The notes beneath the pieces were generated by a model. The model made no database searches. It was not told the origin of the DNA and saw only the letters and a program-made list of their open reading frames with translations. This document shows, one piece after another, positions 54,782 through 64,000 of a DNA stretch of 64,000 nucleotides (positions are counted from its first letter, which is position 1; the number at the start of each line of letters is the position of its first letter). This DNA comes from Spirochaetia bacterium (GTDB lineage: Bacteria; Spirochaetota; Spirochaetia; SZUA-6; Bin103): positions 6,720,001 to 6,784,000 of the forward strand of contig CBDBDQ010000005.1 of the NCBI GenBank assembly GCA_965203905.1, given 5' to 3'. The translations under genes were made by a program, and so were the position numbers.

Positions 54782-54815
54782 GATCCGGGAGAGCAGCGCG
54801 TTGCTCTCCCGGATC
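54782..54815 (+). terminator. 14-bp perfect stem-loop between SBP and permease genes
   Basis: GATCCGGGAGAGCA-GCGCGT-TGCTCTCCCGGATC. Confidence 0.65.
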
Positions 54816-54829
54816 TCTTCTGCAGGTCG

Positions 54830-55837
54830 ATGGCGGAATACATCGTACGGCGGCTCGGACACTCGCTGATCCTCATTGTGTGTGTGTCGATGATCACCTT
54901 CCTGGTGATCCAGGCGCCGCCCGGCGACTACGCCAGCTACGTGATAACGCGGTTCCAGAATGCTCCCATGACCGAGGAGATGCGCAAGATCAGGATCGAA
55001 GAGGTGCGGCGCCGCTACAATCTCGACGATCCGCTGCACATGCAGTACGTGCACTGGATCTGGGGCATCATCACGGAGGGCAACTTCGGGCTCTCGTTTT
55101 CCTGGGACAAGCCGATTTCGCGCCTGCTTCGGGAGCGCATGCCGATCACGCTGATGATCGGCATGCTGGCCCTGTTCTTTCAGTATGTGGTGGCGATACC
55201 GGTGGGCGTGTTTACCGCCTTGAAACAGAATTCGGCGGCCGACTACGGCATCACGTTCTTCTCCTTTCTCGGCATGTCGATCCCCGGGTTTCTGCTGGCG
55301 CTGGTGCTGATCGTGATCCTGTTCAATGCGTTCAACTTCCCGGTGGGAGGTCTGTACTCGCCCGAGTACCGCACCGCCCCGTGGTCGCTGGACAAGTTCG
55401 TCGACCTGGCCAAGCACCTGGTGGTGCCGGTGGTGGTAGTGGCGGCATCGAGCACCGCGGGGACCATTCGCGTGCTGCGGGCGACGCTGCTCGACGAGTT
55501 CGGCAAGGATTACATGCGGGTGGCAAGGGCCAAGGGCCTGTCGGAGCATACCATCATCTTCAAGTACCCGTTGCGGGTGGCGATGAACCCGATCATCGCC
55601 GGGTTCGGCTGGTCGCTTCCCCTGCTGGTGTCCGGATCGTTGCTGGTGTCGCTGGTAGCCAACATCCCGGACCTCGGGCCGCTGCTGCATGAGGCGTTGC
55701 AGGCCCAGGACATGTACCTGGCGGGATCGATTCTGCTGATGGTCAGCACCCTCACCATCGTCGGCACCCTGATCTCGGACATCCTGCTCGCGATCTCCGA
55801 TCCCCGCATTTCCTATAGCGGCGTTCATGAGTCATAG
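54830..55837 (+). CDS. oppB: Opp/Dpp-type ABC permease
   Basis: YIVRR, PPGD, GNFG.S, ARAKGL, SDILLAISDPRI. Confidence 0.9.
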   Translation: MAEYIVRRLGHSLILIVCVSMITFLVIQAPPGDYASYVITRFQNAPMTEEMRKIRIEEVRRRYNLDDPLHMQYVHWIWGIITEGNFGLSFSWDKPISRLLRERMPITLMIGMLALFFQYVVAIPVGVFTALKQNSAADYGITFFSFLGMSIPGFLLALVLIVILFNAFNFPVGGLYSPEYRTAPWSLDKFVDLAKHLVVPVVVVAASSTAGTIRVLRATLLDEFGKDYMRVARAKGLSEHTIIFKYPLRVAMNPIIAGFGWSLPLLVSGSLLVSLVANIPDLGPLLHEALQAQDMYLAGSILLMVSTLTIVGTLISDILLAISDPRISYSGVHES

Positions 55838-56999
55838 CGCACCTGCGATACGGAGTCCTGCCGCGTCTGACGGCGACGCGCCAGACCGACAGGCTTCCGG
55901 CGCGGGCGTCAATGGTCAGGGGCGCCGGTCGTTCACCCAGGGGCAGCTGTTTCTGCTGCGGTTCCGCAAGAACACCGCCGCGATGGTATCCCTGGTAGTG
56001 ATGGCCCTGTTCTTGATTCTGATAGTGTTCCCGGAGTTCATCATCCCGTACCAGCCCACCCGGCAGTTCATCGGGTACAACTACGCGCCGCCGCGGCCGA
56101 TCCGCTTCGCCGGTGAGAGCGGCCTCCAGCCGACCGTCTACAGCTACGAACAGAAGGTCGACCTGGAGACCTTCAAGAAGGAGTGGACCGAGGACACCAC
56201 CAGGCCCAATCGCATCAGGTTCCTGGTGCCGGGGTACGAGTACAAGCTCCTGGGACTGTTTCCCTCCAGGCTGCATCTGTTCGGCCTGGAAGACGACGCG
56301 GTTCCGTTCTTCCTCTACGGTTCCGACAACCTGGGGCGCTGCATCTTCAGCCGCACCATTCACGCCACCCGCATCTCCATCAGCATTGCGCTGATGGGAG
56401 TCCTCATCACCGTCGTGATCAGCATCGGCCTGGGCGGCACCTCGGGCTACTTCGGCGGTGTCTTCGATCACATCGTCCAGCGCATCAGCGAGCTCTTCAT
56501 CACCATCCCGAAGCTGCCGTTGTGGATGGTGCTGGCGGCGGCGGTACCGCGCGACTGGGACATCATCAAGACCTATCTGGCGATCGTGGTGATCGCCTCA
56601 CTGACCAACTGGCCGGCGGCCACCCGCGGCATCAGGAGCAAGCTCATCTCGATTCGCAATGAGGACTACATCAAGGCCGCGATCAGCTACGGGGCCAAGG
56701 ACGGGCGCCTCATCTTCAAGTACCTGATCCCCAACTTCGTGAGCTACATCATCGTGGTCATCACGCTCGGCATTCCTGCGATGATCCTGATGGAAACCGC
56801 CTTGAGCTTTCTCGGAATCGGACTGCGGCCGCCGGCCGTGAGCTGGGGCGTGCTGCTGGAGCAGGCGCAGAACTTCCAGGACGTGATATTGCACCCCTGG
56901 CTGCTGGTACCGGGAATCCACCTGGTGGTCGCGATTCTCATGTTCAACTTCATCGGCGACGGGCTCAGGGACGCCGCCAACCCCTTCAAGCGAGTCTGA
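55827..56999 (+). CDS. oppC: Opp/Dpp-type ABC permease
   Basis: GSDNLGR.IFSR, ETALSFLGIG, GDGLRDAANP. Confidence 0.9.
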   Translation: MSHSAPAIRSPAASDGDAPDRQASGAGVNGQGRRSFTQGQLFLLRFRKNTAAMVSLVVMALFLILIVFPEFIIPYQPTRQFIGYNYAPPRPIRFAGESGLQPTVYSYEQKVDLETFKKEWTEDTTRPNRIRFLVPGYEYKLLGLFPSRLHLFGLEDDAVPFFLYGSDNLGRCIFSRTIHATRISISIALMGVLITVVISIGLGGTSGYFGGVFDHIVQRISELFITIPKLPLWMVLAAAVPRDWDIIKTYLAIVVIASLTNWPAATRGIRSKLISIRNEDYIKAAISYGAKDGRLIFKYLIPNFVSYIIVVITLGIPAMILMETALSFLGIGLRPPAVSWGVLLEQAQNFQDVILHPWLLVPGIHLVVAILMFNFIGDGLRDAANPFKRV

Positions 57000-57001
57000 C
57001 G

Positions 57002-57988
57002 ATGGCGCAGCCGGTGATCGAAGTACGCGATCTGAAGACCCACTTCTTTACCGACGAGGGGGTGGTACGCGCCGTCGACGGCGTCAACCTCGGGCTCCAG
57101 CAGGGCAAGGTGCTGGCCATCGTCGGCGAGTCGGGATGCGGCAAGAGCGTCACCGCCTTCTCCATCCTGCAGTTGATCTCTCCGCCGGGCAGACTGGTCG
57201 GCGGGCAGGTCGTGTACCGGCGCAAGGATGGAGACACCGTCGACCTGGCCGCGCTCGCGCACGACAGCAGGCAGCTCAAGTCGATCCGCGGCAACGACAT
57301 CGCCATGATCTTCCAGGAGCCGATGCTGGCCTTCAGTCCGGTCTATACCATCGGCAACCAGATCAGCGAGGTGATCCGACTGCACCAGGGAGGCAGCAAG
57401 AAGCGGGCCCTCGACCAGACCATCGCGCTGCTGGAGCACGTCGGGGTGTCGGCTCCCGCCAAGCGGGTGAACCAGTATCCGCACGAGTACTCTGGCGGCA
57501 TGCGCCAGCGCGCCATGATCGCGATGGCGCTGTCCTGCAATCCGGACGTGCTGATCGCGGACGAGCCCACTACCGCGCTCGACGTCACCATCGAGGCCAA
57601 GATACTCGCCCTGCTCACCGAGCTGCAGCGCGAGTATCACATGTCGATCATCTTCATTACCCATGACATGGCGGTGGTGGCGGAAATGGCCGACGAGGTC
57701 GCCGTCATGTACCTCGGCAAGGTGGTGGAACGGGCCGACGTCGACACCCTCTTCGAGCGGCCGTTGCACCCCTACACGGTGGGCCTGCTGAACTCGATTC
57801 CGGGCATCGTCGAGGACCCTTCGCGGCATCTCAACCCGATCGAGGGAGCGGTGCCGAATCCATACGAAGTGCCCTCCGGATGCCCGTTCGCGCCGCGCTG
57901 CAGCTTTCGCGAGTCACGCTGCTCGGAAGAGCCTCCCGACGTGACCGCGAGCGACTCGCAGATGGTGAAGTGCTGGTTGTACGCCTGA
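57002..57988 (+). CDS. oppD: Opp/Dpp-type ABC ATPase
   Basis: GESGCGKS, YSGGMRQR, ADEPTTALD, GCPFAPRC. Confidence 0.92.
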   Translation: MAQPVIEVRDLKTHFFTDEGVVRAVDGVNLGLQQGKVLAIVGESGCGKSVTAFSILQLISPPGRLVGGQVVYRRKDGDTVDLAALAHDSRQLKSIRGNDIAMIFQEPMLAFSPVYTIGNQISEVIRLHQGGSKKRALDQTIALLEHVGVSAPAKRVNQYPHEYSGGMRQRAMIAMALSCNPDVLIADEPTTALDVTIEAKILALLTELQREYHMSIIFITHDMAVVAEMADEVAVMYLGKVVERADVDTLFERPLHPYTVGLLNSIPGIVEDPSRHLNPIEGAVPNPYEVPSGCPFAPRCSFRESRCSEEPPDVTASDSQMVKCWLYA

Positions 57989-57998
57989 CGGGTGGAAC

Positions 57999-59114
57999 AT
58001 GGCGGCGTTGAAGGACAACCCGGACCTGTTGCTGGCGGTGAACGGCGTCAAGGTTCACTTCCCCATCAAGAAGGGCATCTTCCGCAAGGTCACCGGCCAC
58101 GTGAAGGCGGTGGACGGGGTCGATCTGCACATCCGGAAAGGGGAGACGCTGGGGCTGGTCGGGGAGAGCGGAAGCGGCAAGACCACGCTCGGACGGGCGA
58201 TCATACGGCTGGTGCCGCACAACGCCGGACAGGTTCTGTTCCGGGCTCAGGACGGCTCGACCGTGGATCTGTTGCAGCTGGAGCGGGAGGAGCTGCGCCA
58301 GACCCGGCGCCAGATCCAGATGATCTTTCAGGATCCGTACTCGTCACTGAACGCGCGCATGCGCATCCAGACCATCCTGGAGGAGCCGCTCAGCATCTAC
58401 AACGTCGGCAGTCCCCGCGAGCGCCGTGACCGCATCGTGGAGCACCTGGAGCTGACCGGCCTGTCGGCCAGCCACGTCACCCGCTATCCGCACGAGTTCT
58501 CCGGCGGCCAGCGCCAGCGCATCGGCATCGCGCGCGCGATCATCCTGAATCCGTCGCTGATCATCTGCGACGAAGCCGTGTCCGCGCTCGACGTCTCGAT
58601 CCAGGCCCAGGTGCTCAACCTGCTGGAGCGACTCAAGTCGCGGCTGCACCTGAGCTACCTGTTCATCGCCCACAACCTGAGCGTCATCTACCACATCAGC
58701 GACCGGATCGCGGTGATGTACCTGGGCAAGATCGTGGAGCTGGCGAACAAGCGCGACCTGTATCGGCGGCCCCTGCACCCGTACGCGGAGGCGCTGCTGT
58801 CGGCGATACCGGTGGCCGACCCCAAGGCGGTCAAGGAGGAGCGGATCCTGCTGCCGGGCGAGGTGGCCGATCCCTCCAGGCCGCCGCCGGGATGCAACTT
58901 CCACCCGCGCTGCCGTCATGCCGAAGATCGCTGTTCCCGCGAGGAGGTCGCTCTCGAGGCCGCGGATGGGGCCGACCACCGATTCGTGGCCTGCCACCGC
59001 TACCGGGAACTGGCGCTGCAGGCGGCGACCTACGAGAACCGGCCGTTGTACCGGGTCAACGTCGCCGGGTTAGCGCCGCCGCCGGGCTTGTCCCCCGGTA
59101 CCCCCTACGGGTAG
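57999..59114 (+). CDS. oppF: Opp/Dpp-type ABC ATPase
   Basis: GESGSGKTT, FSGGQRQR, CDEAVSALD, GCNFHPRC. Confidence 0.92.
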   Translation: MAALKDNPDLLLAVNGVKVHFPIKKGIFRKVTGHVKAVDGVDLHIRKGETLGLVGESGSGKTTLGRAIIRLVPHNAGQVLFRAQDGSTVDLLQLEREELRQTRRQIQMIFQDPYSSLNARMRIQTILEEPLSIYNVGSPRERRDRIVEHLELTGLSASHVTRYPHEFSGGQRQRIGIARAIILNPSLIICDEAVSALDVSIQAQVLNLLERLKSRLHLSYLFIAHNLSVIYHISDRIAVMYLGKIVELANKRDLYRRPLHPYAEALLSAIPVADPKAVKEERILLPGEVADPSRPPPGCNFHPRCRHAEDRCSREEVALEAADGADHRFVACHRYRELALQAATYENRPLYRVNVAGLAPPPGLSPGTPYG

Positions 59115-60151
59115 GTCACCCCGAGCTTGATGCTGGTGCTCGGGTCGAGATCGATCTGGCGGTAGGCCTCGGCGCTGTCCGCCAGCGACACCACCGGATC
59201 CAGCAGGCCCTCCACTCGCAGCCGGCCCTGCTGCAGCAGCGCGAAGCCGGCGCCGAACAGCCGGCGTGCGTCCCAGCGCGGACCGAGCCGGTGGGGGGCG
59301 CTGACGTCGCGGCTGGAGAGCAGGTTGATGCGGTTGCGGTGCCACTCGCCTTCCAGGCTGAGGCCGCCGCCGGCGCCGGGGTAGTAGGCCACCGACACCA
59401 CGGTGGCGCCGTAGGCCGCGGCGCGCAGGGCGTCGTTGAGGCCGGCGTAGCTGCCGCTGGTCTCGAGCACCGTGTCGGCGCCGGCCTTGCCGGTGGCCCG
59501 CTTCACCACGAGGCCGGTGTCCTCCGTGGTGGGATCGATCACCAGGTCGGCGCCGTGGCGGCCGGCCAGGGCGCGGCGGCGCGCGATCGGGTCGGCGCCG
59601 GCCACCCAGGCCGCCCCCTGCAGCCGCGCCAGTTGCAGCGCCATCTGGCCGATGGCGCCGAGGCCGGTCACCAGCACCCGGTCGCCCAGTCCCAGCGCCG
59701 AGTCGCGCACGCCCGACAGTGCCACGCACGCCGGGTCCCCGCACACCACCGCGTGCGGATCCATCCCCGCCGGCACCTCCCGCACCTTGGCGGCCGGCAC
59801 GGTATGGGTCTCGCGGATCGGCAGGTCACCGTAGACCACGTCCCCGACCGCGAACCGGTCGACGGCGGCGCCGACCTCGGTCACCTCACCCACCGTCGCC
59901 GTGCCCAGCGCCATCGGGAACCGCATCCAGCCCTGTGGCTGCGCTCCGCCGTCGCGCCGGTGCAGCCGCAGGTCGGGATCGAACGGCTCCGAAACGTCGC
60001 GCGTGTCGGCGCGGTAGGCGCGCAACTGGGTGCCGTGCTTGACCGCGGAGAAGGTGCTGCGCAGACGCACCTCCCCGGCTCCCAGCGGCGGCTCTTCGTA
60101 GGAACGCAACTCCGGCGTTCGCGGGGCGACAGCGATCAGCTCCAGTGGCAC
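59105..60151 (-). CDS. YcjQ-like MDR sugar/glycoside dehydrogenase
   Basis: GTG 60151 behind GGAGG. KHGT, C.DPA..A.SGVRD, GLGAIGQ, ETSG, PRW, DPVV, SIKLGVT match my recollection of E. coli YcjQ. Confidence 0.75.
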   Translation of the reverse strand: MPLELIAVAPRTPELRSYEEPPLGAGEVRLRSTFSAVKHGTQLRAYRADTRDVSEPFDPDLRLHRRDGGAQPQGWMRFPMALGTATVGEVTEVGAAVDRFAVGDVVYGDLPIRETHTVPAAKVREVPAGMDPHAVVCGDPACVALSGVRDSALGLGDRVLVTGLGAIGQMALQLARLQGAAWVAGADPIARRRALAGRHGADLVIDPTTEDTGLVVKRATGKAGADTVLETSGSYAGLNDALRAAAYGATVVSVAYYPGAGGGLSLEGEWHRNRINLLSSRDVSAPHRLGPRWDARRLFGAGFALLQQGRLRVEGLLDPVVSLADSAEAYRQIDLDPSTSIKLGVTYP

Positions 60152-60201
60152 GGCGGCACCTCCCGGTTCCTGCCTACACCCCGGCCCGCGCACGTCCACC
60201 G

Positions 60202-60606
60202 TCACCGCTCCCGTGCCTCGGAGTGCAACCGTCCAGCCTGCCTTTGCGCCAGCGTCCGGCGCAGCAGGTGGACGTAGACGAGGGCGTTCACCGCCAGCAC
60301 GAAGGCGCCGATGGCGACCTGCATGCCGCGCGTCAGGCTGCCCGGGTAGATGAGCCGCAGCAGGTAGTGTTCGAGGAAGCGCACGTCGTAGCCGCCGGCT
60401 CCGGCCAGGGTCCGAAACTGCAGTTCCAGCGGGGTGAGGGGGCAGATCCAGCCGGCGAACTCCATGGTCGCGCCCCACAGGAACGAGGGCACGTGCAGCA
60501 ACGCCACCCAGCGCCAGCGCAGCACCAGCGCCCCGCCGGCCACCACGAACACGATGAACGCGAAGTGAATCAGCAGGACGCCGTCGGCGAGGACACCGTA
60601 AATCAT
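60202..60606 (-). CDS. DUF2784 family membrane protein
   Basis: LAD.V...HFAFI.FVV.GG, LH.P, WICPLTPLE, FLEHYL..LIYP. Confidence 0.85.
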   Translation of the reverse strand: MIYGVLADGVLLIHFAFIVFVVAGGALVLRWRWVALLHVPSFLWGATMEFAGWICPLTPLELQFRTLAGAGGYDVRFLEHYLLRLIYPGSLTRGMQVAIGAFVLAVNALVYVHLLRRTLAQRQAGRLHSEARER

Positions 60607-60621
60607 GGCAACTTCATGGCA

Positions 60622-62511
60622 TCACGCGAAGTCCAGGTTCTCGGTGATGCGGGTGCCGTCGCGGTGGAAGGCTTCCACGTAGCGCTGGATGCGCCGCCTG
60701 CCTTCCTCCAGATCGTGGTTGTTCAGGTTGATGTTCAGCAGATCGATGTACCAGGGCGGCTTCACCTCGTCGCGCACGTAGACGTCGGCGATCTCGCCCG
60801 CGATCGGCAGCGTGGTGCGCTTGGAGTCGTCGTGCACGTCGCGGTTGGCGGCCGCCTGCAGCTTGGCGTACTCCTCGGCCAACAGGCGTTCGAAGATCTC
60901 CGGAGTGAACCGGGTGCCGGCGGCGAGGCCGGTCTCGGGATCGTCCTCGGTGAGTGCGGCGCCCTTGTGCAGCCACTCCCACAGGATGCTGAGGCGGATC
61001 TCGCCGGTGGCCATGTCCTCCATCAGGTAGAGCACGTCGTCGTCGCCGAAGGAGTCGGCCGGCTTCAGCGCCGCGGCCTGCATGCCCTGGCCGAAGGCGT
61101 TGCCGTACTGCAGCGCCACGCTCAGCAGGTCGCGCGCCCCGCGCACGGTGCGCGGCGCCTCCTCCAGCTCGGTCAGTCCGGCCGCGTCGGCCTCGGTGTA
61201 GGTCAGCGGCGGGAACCCGCGCCCGAGCTGGTTGGCCGCCCCGGCCTTTTCCCATACCGGGCGCACGATGTGCACCATCTTCCAGTGCGCCACCCACTTG
61301 CCGCTGGCGCCGGCCTGCTGCTCGCGCTCGCCGCCGGCCACCGCCTTGCTCATCGAGGCCTCCACGCCGGCCTCGGAGCCGACCGGGATGTTGGGCTCCA
61401 TGCCACCCTGCCACAGGGCGCAGTTGCCGTTGGCATCCGGCGTGTTCACGGCCCGGCGCACGCGGTCCTCGTAGTTGCGCATGTAGCCGTAGGTCATGAG
61501 GATGGCGTCAATGTTGGGGTTGATGAACGAGGCGTCCCACGCCATGGCGTCGGCGACACTGTTGATGTAGTCCCAGCGCCCGGTGTTGTAGCCGACGAAG
61601 TGGCGGCCGAGGGCGGCGCGGATCTCCATGAGCTGGTAGGACGCCTCCAGCTGCTCCACCAGCACGTAGGTCTTGATGGTGCCGGCGGCCAGCCCGAGGT
61701 GGCCCTCCAGGGCGTCGAGGATGTCGTTCCACAGCGCCGCCTCCTCGGCGGTCTGGATCTTGGGCAGGTAGAGCACCAGCGACGACCCCTGCTCCTGCAT
61801 GCGCCGGTAGTTGCCGGTGACGTAGAGCACCGTGTCGACGATGGAGGCCGAGAACCCGCTACCGCCGGTCTCGCGCACGTGGCGGTCGTCGAGATGCAGC
61901 CCGCGGGCACGGAAGATCCTGGTGGTGAACCCCAACTGCCGCTTCCAGTCGGGCACGATGGCGCGGCCGAAGAAGCTCTCGCCCCAGGCGTTCATCCCCG
62001 CGGCCACCTCCTCGGCGGCCTGCAGGAACACCGGATCGGCGGCGCTGGCCAGGCGCAGGTTGCGCTGGTTGTCCAGCGACATGGTGGTGATCTGGCCCAG
62101 CGCGTCCTCGCCGTCGAACATCCAGCCGTCGGCGCCCGACAGCAGGGCGTAGGCGACGTTGCGGATGCTGCGCGGCACCGGGGTGTTGGGCTTGGCGCCC
62201 GGTCCGGTGCCCTGGATCCACTGGCGCTGCAGGTCGGCCGGGATCTCGCTGCCGGCAAAGGCGCCGTCGCGCGCCGCCTGCACCCCGATGGAGGTACCGG
62301 CGATGGTGGCGCCCGGATCGAGGAAGCCGATGCGCTCCCCCTCCCGCGCGCGCTTGGCCCGGCGCCCGATACGCTCGCGCATCAGTCGCCGCCGCTGCTC
62401 GTTGAAGCCGGCCAGGGCGTGCAGCGCATCGAGCGCTTCCGGGGTATAGACGTCGTCATATTCGCGCTCCAGCCGCGCGCGGATTTCCAGGGTAGGGGTC
62501 GCCTCGCTCAT
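60622..62511 (-). CDS. aceB: malate synthase (divergent, MSA-like)
   Basis: MFDGEDA, RARGLHL, YLPKIQ..EEA.LWN, GRWDY, QGGM, WVAH, LMEDMATGEIR. ATG at 62511. Confidence 0.8.
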   Translation of the reverse strand: MSEATPTLEIRARLEREYDDVYTPEALDALHALAGFNEQRRRLMRERIGRRAKRAREGERIGFLDPGATIAGTSIGVQAARDGAFAGSEIPADLQRQWIQGTGPGAKPNTPVPRSIRNVAYALLSGADGWMFDGEDALGQITTMSLDNQRNLRLASAADPVFLQAAEEVAAGMNAWGESFFGRAIVPDWKRQLGFTTRIFRARGLHLDDRHVRETGGSGFSASIVDTVLYVTGNYRRMQEQGSSLVLYLPKIQTAEEAALWNDILDALEGHLGLAAGTIKTYVLVEQLEASYQLMEIRAALGRHFVGYNTGRWDYINSVADAMAWDASFINPNIDAILMTYGYMRNYEDRVRRAVNTPDANGNCALWQGGMEPNIPVGSEAGVEASMSKAVAGGEREQQAGASGKWVAHWKMVHIVRPVWEKAGAANQLGRGFPPLTYTEADAAGLTELEEAPRTVRGARDLLSVALQYGNAFGQGMQAAALKPADSFGDDDVLYLMEDMATGEIRLSILWEWLHKGAALTEDDPETGLAAGTRFTPEIFERLLAEEYAKLQAAANRDVHDDSKRTTLPIAGEIADVYVRDEVKPPWYIDLLNINLNNHDLEEGRRRIQRYVEAFHRDGTRITENLDFA

Positions 62512-62737
62512 ACGCAGCGAGTCTACGGAGCTTGCCGGGTTGCAGACAAGCGCCTCGTCATCGGTCCGGGCGCTCCGCACTTCGGCATGTGTGCCGGCTC
62601 GCCTGCGAACGCAGTTACCGCCTGCTGAAGTGAGCGCACAACGAGCGATCGACCATCGTCGCGGCCGTCGAATCGGGTTGGCGCAGCCATACGATGATGT
62701 CGATGGACGGCCGGCCTAATTCAGCGACGTAGAGGCA

Positions 62738-63175
62738 TTATCGTATTGTAGGCTGTTGCTCCCCCCAGAAGGTGTGATCGTCGGCGATGTTTTCCGGGTG
62801 AAACCAGGCGGCTACGATACAGCCTTCGCGGACCTCATAGGTCGCCAGTTCGCTACCCTGGATTTGCCGGCAGTCGGCGACCGCCGACCAGTCGATCGTT
62901 GCTGACACATGAGTGGCGGTTTCGACGGTGCCGGTGACGGTGAGCTCGAAGCTGCCGGCAGTCTTGTGAATTGCTCTGCGGATCATGTCGATGACCGCTT
63001 CACGGCCCCGAAGGTGACCCATATGTGCGCCCACATCGGGCTCGCTCCAGCGTACGTCGGGTGCGAGGAACGGCTCGAGAAGGCACAGTCTGCCCGTACG
63101 GCTGGCAGTGCGACGAACGTCGTAGAAAGTACGGATGAAACGGCCGAGCGTACCCGCCTTGCTGGTGTTAGGCAT
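62738..63175 (-). CDS. SnoaL/NTF2-like protein
   Basis: LAPDVRW, G.L.GREAV, YEVREG.IV, D.TFW. Confidence 0.65.
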   Translation of the reverse strand: MPNTSKAGTLGRFIRTFYDVRRTASRTGRLCLLEPFLAPDVRWSEPDVGAHMGHLRGREAVIDMIRRAIHKTAGSFELTVTGTVETATHVSATIDWSAVADCRQIQGSELATYEVREGCIVAAWFHPENIADDHTFWGEQQPTIR

Positions 63176-64000
63176 TCAGTATACGCGGCCGGTGCTGCCG
63201 AAGTGGGTCGGCCGGTCCCAGGAGAGGCCGCCATCCATCACCCAGCGAGCGATCGGCTCCTCCAACTCGGCCACCGGGTCGCGCGGTTCGCCGAAGGTGT
63301 CGCGGCAGAGCCGGTCGTCGGCCAGCACGGCAGCGTCTCCCTCGGCGTCGGCCAGGAGCGGGCTGCGTCCCATGGTGCGACCCAGGCGTTCGGCAAGGTC
63401 GGCCACTCGCAGCGCCGGGCCGGCGATGTTCACCACCCATGGCGGGTTGGCGCTGCGTTCCATGCTCAGCAGGGTGTAGTCAATGGCGTCGCGCTGCGAC
63501 ACCAGGTTGGCGGCAGGAACCTGGAGCGAGATCGGCTCGCCCTCCCATACCATCGCCGCCAGGTCGCGGATCACGCCATAGCCGAAGTGCTGGGCGTAGC
63601 TGAGACGGATCAGGCTGACGCGCTGGCGCGGGTGGCGTAGCGCGGTGGTGGCGAAGGCCGACTCGCGCGCCACGATCGACCAGCCGTACACCCCCACCGG
63701 ATCGAGTTCGGCAGTCTCGCTGCTGCCGGCTGCCTGCTCCGGCCACGGCACTGCGGGATAGGGGTTGGTGGAGGAGAGCGCGACGATCGACGCTTCCGGG
63801 TAGCGCTCGCCCACCAGGTAGGGCACGATCCCGTTGACGTGGAACGCGCGCCGCCAGTCGCTGCCGCTGCCGAACTTGAACCCCAGCAGGTAGATCACGT
63901 GCGCCGCCTCGGGCAGCGCCGCGAGCACCCCCGGGGCGGCCAGGTCGCCGGTCAGGCACTGGATCCCGCCCGCCTCCAGTTCCGCGCGCGTCTCCGGGTC
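63176..64000 (-). CDS. NAD-dependent epimerase/dehydratase-like protein (5'-truncated by window)
   Basis: LP....VIYL.G.KFG, SSTN.YP, P.G.Y..S..ARE, RL.YA....GV..DLA, N.VSQRDA. Frame stays open to the edge. Confidence 0.75.
   Translation of the reverse strand, partial: DPETRAELEAGGIQCLTGDLAAPGVLAALPEAAHVIYLLGFKFGSGSDWRRAFHVNGIVPYLVGERYPEASIVALSSTNPYPAVPWPEQAAGSSETAELDPVGVYGWSIVARESAFATTALRHPRQRVSLIRLSYAQHFGYGVIRDLAAMVWEGEPISLQVPAANLVSQRDAIDYTLLSMERSANPPWVVNIAGPALRVADLAERLGRTMGRSPLLADAEGDAAVLADDRLCRDTFGEPRDPVAELEEPIARWVMDGGLSWDRPTHFGSTGRVY

Overview
Bacterial chromosomal window, mostly very GC-rich (about 70% by eye). The leader style of the solute-binding proteins suggests a high-GC spirochaete, which is inference only. 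It is dominated by catabolism of unusual carbohydrates and amino sugars: three Opp/Dpp-type ABC modules (one with all five genes but a frameshifted binding protein, one without permeases, one without ATPases), four signal-peptide-less Asp-box (BNR, sialidase-fold) proteins plus a further beta-propeller hydrolase, several uncharacterised glycosidase-like proteins, and kinase, dehydratase, dehydrogenase, aldolase and amidohydrolase genes. Positions 1 to about 14000 form a visibly lower-GC segment that runs off the left edge. Accessory elements are a decayed vapBC pair, a lower-GC NYN + pentapeptide-FRG cassette whose NYN gene has a promoter and a two-hairpin leader RNA, an rve-type IS with multi-repeat ends and a long non-coding tail, and a DUF1640/CCDC90-like gene with a 27-bp tandem repeat. 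I saw no tRNA, rRNA, CRISPR array or integrase. The best candidates for undescribed systems are (i) the creatininase - M20 deacylase - BNR - FAD oxidase - BNR/LamG - atypical aldolase operon at 32.5-40 kb and (ii) the structured RNA-NYN-FRG cassette at 30-32.3 kb. All family calls come from motif recognition, not database searches.
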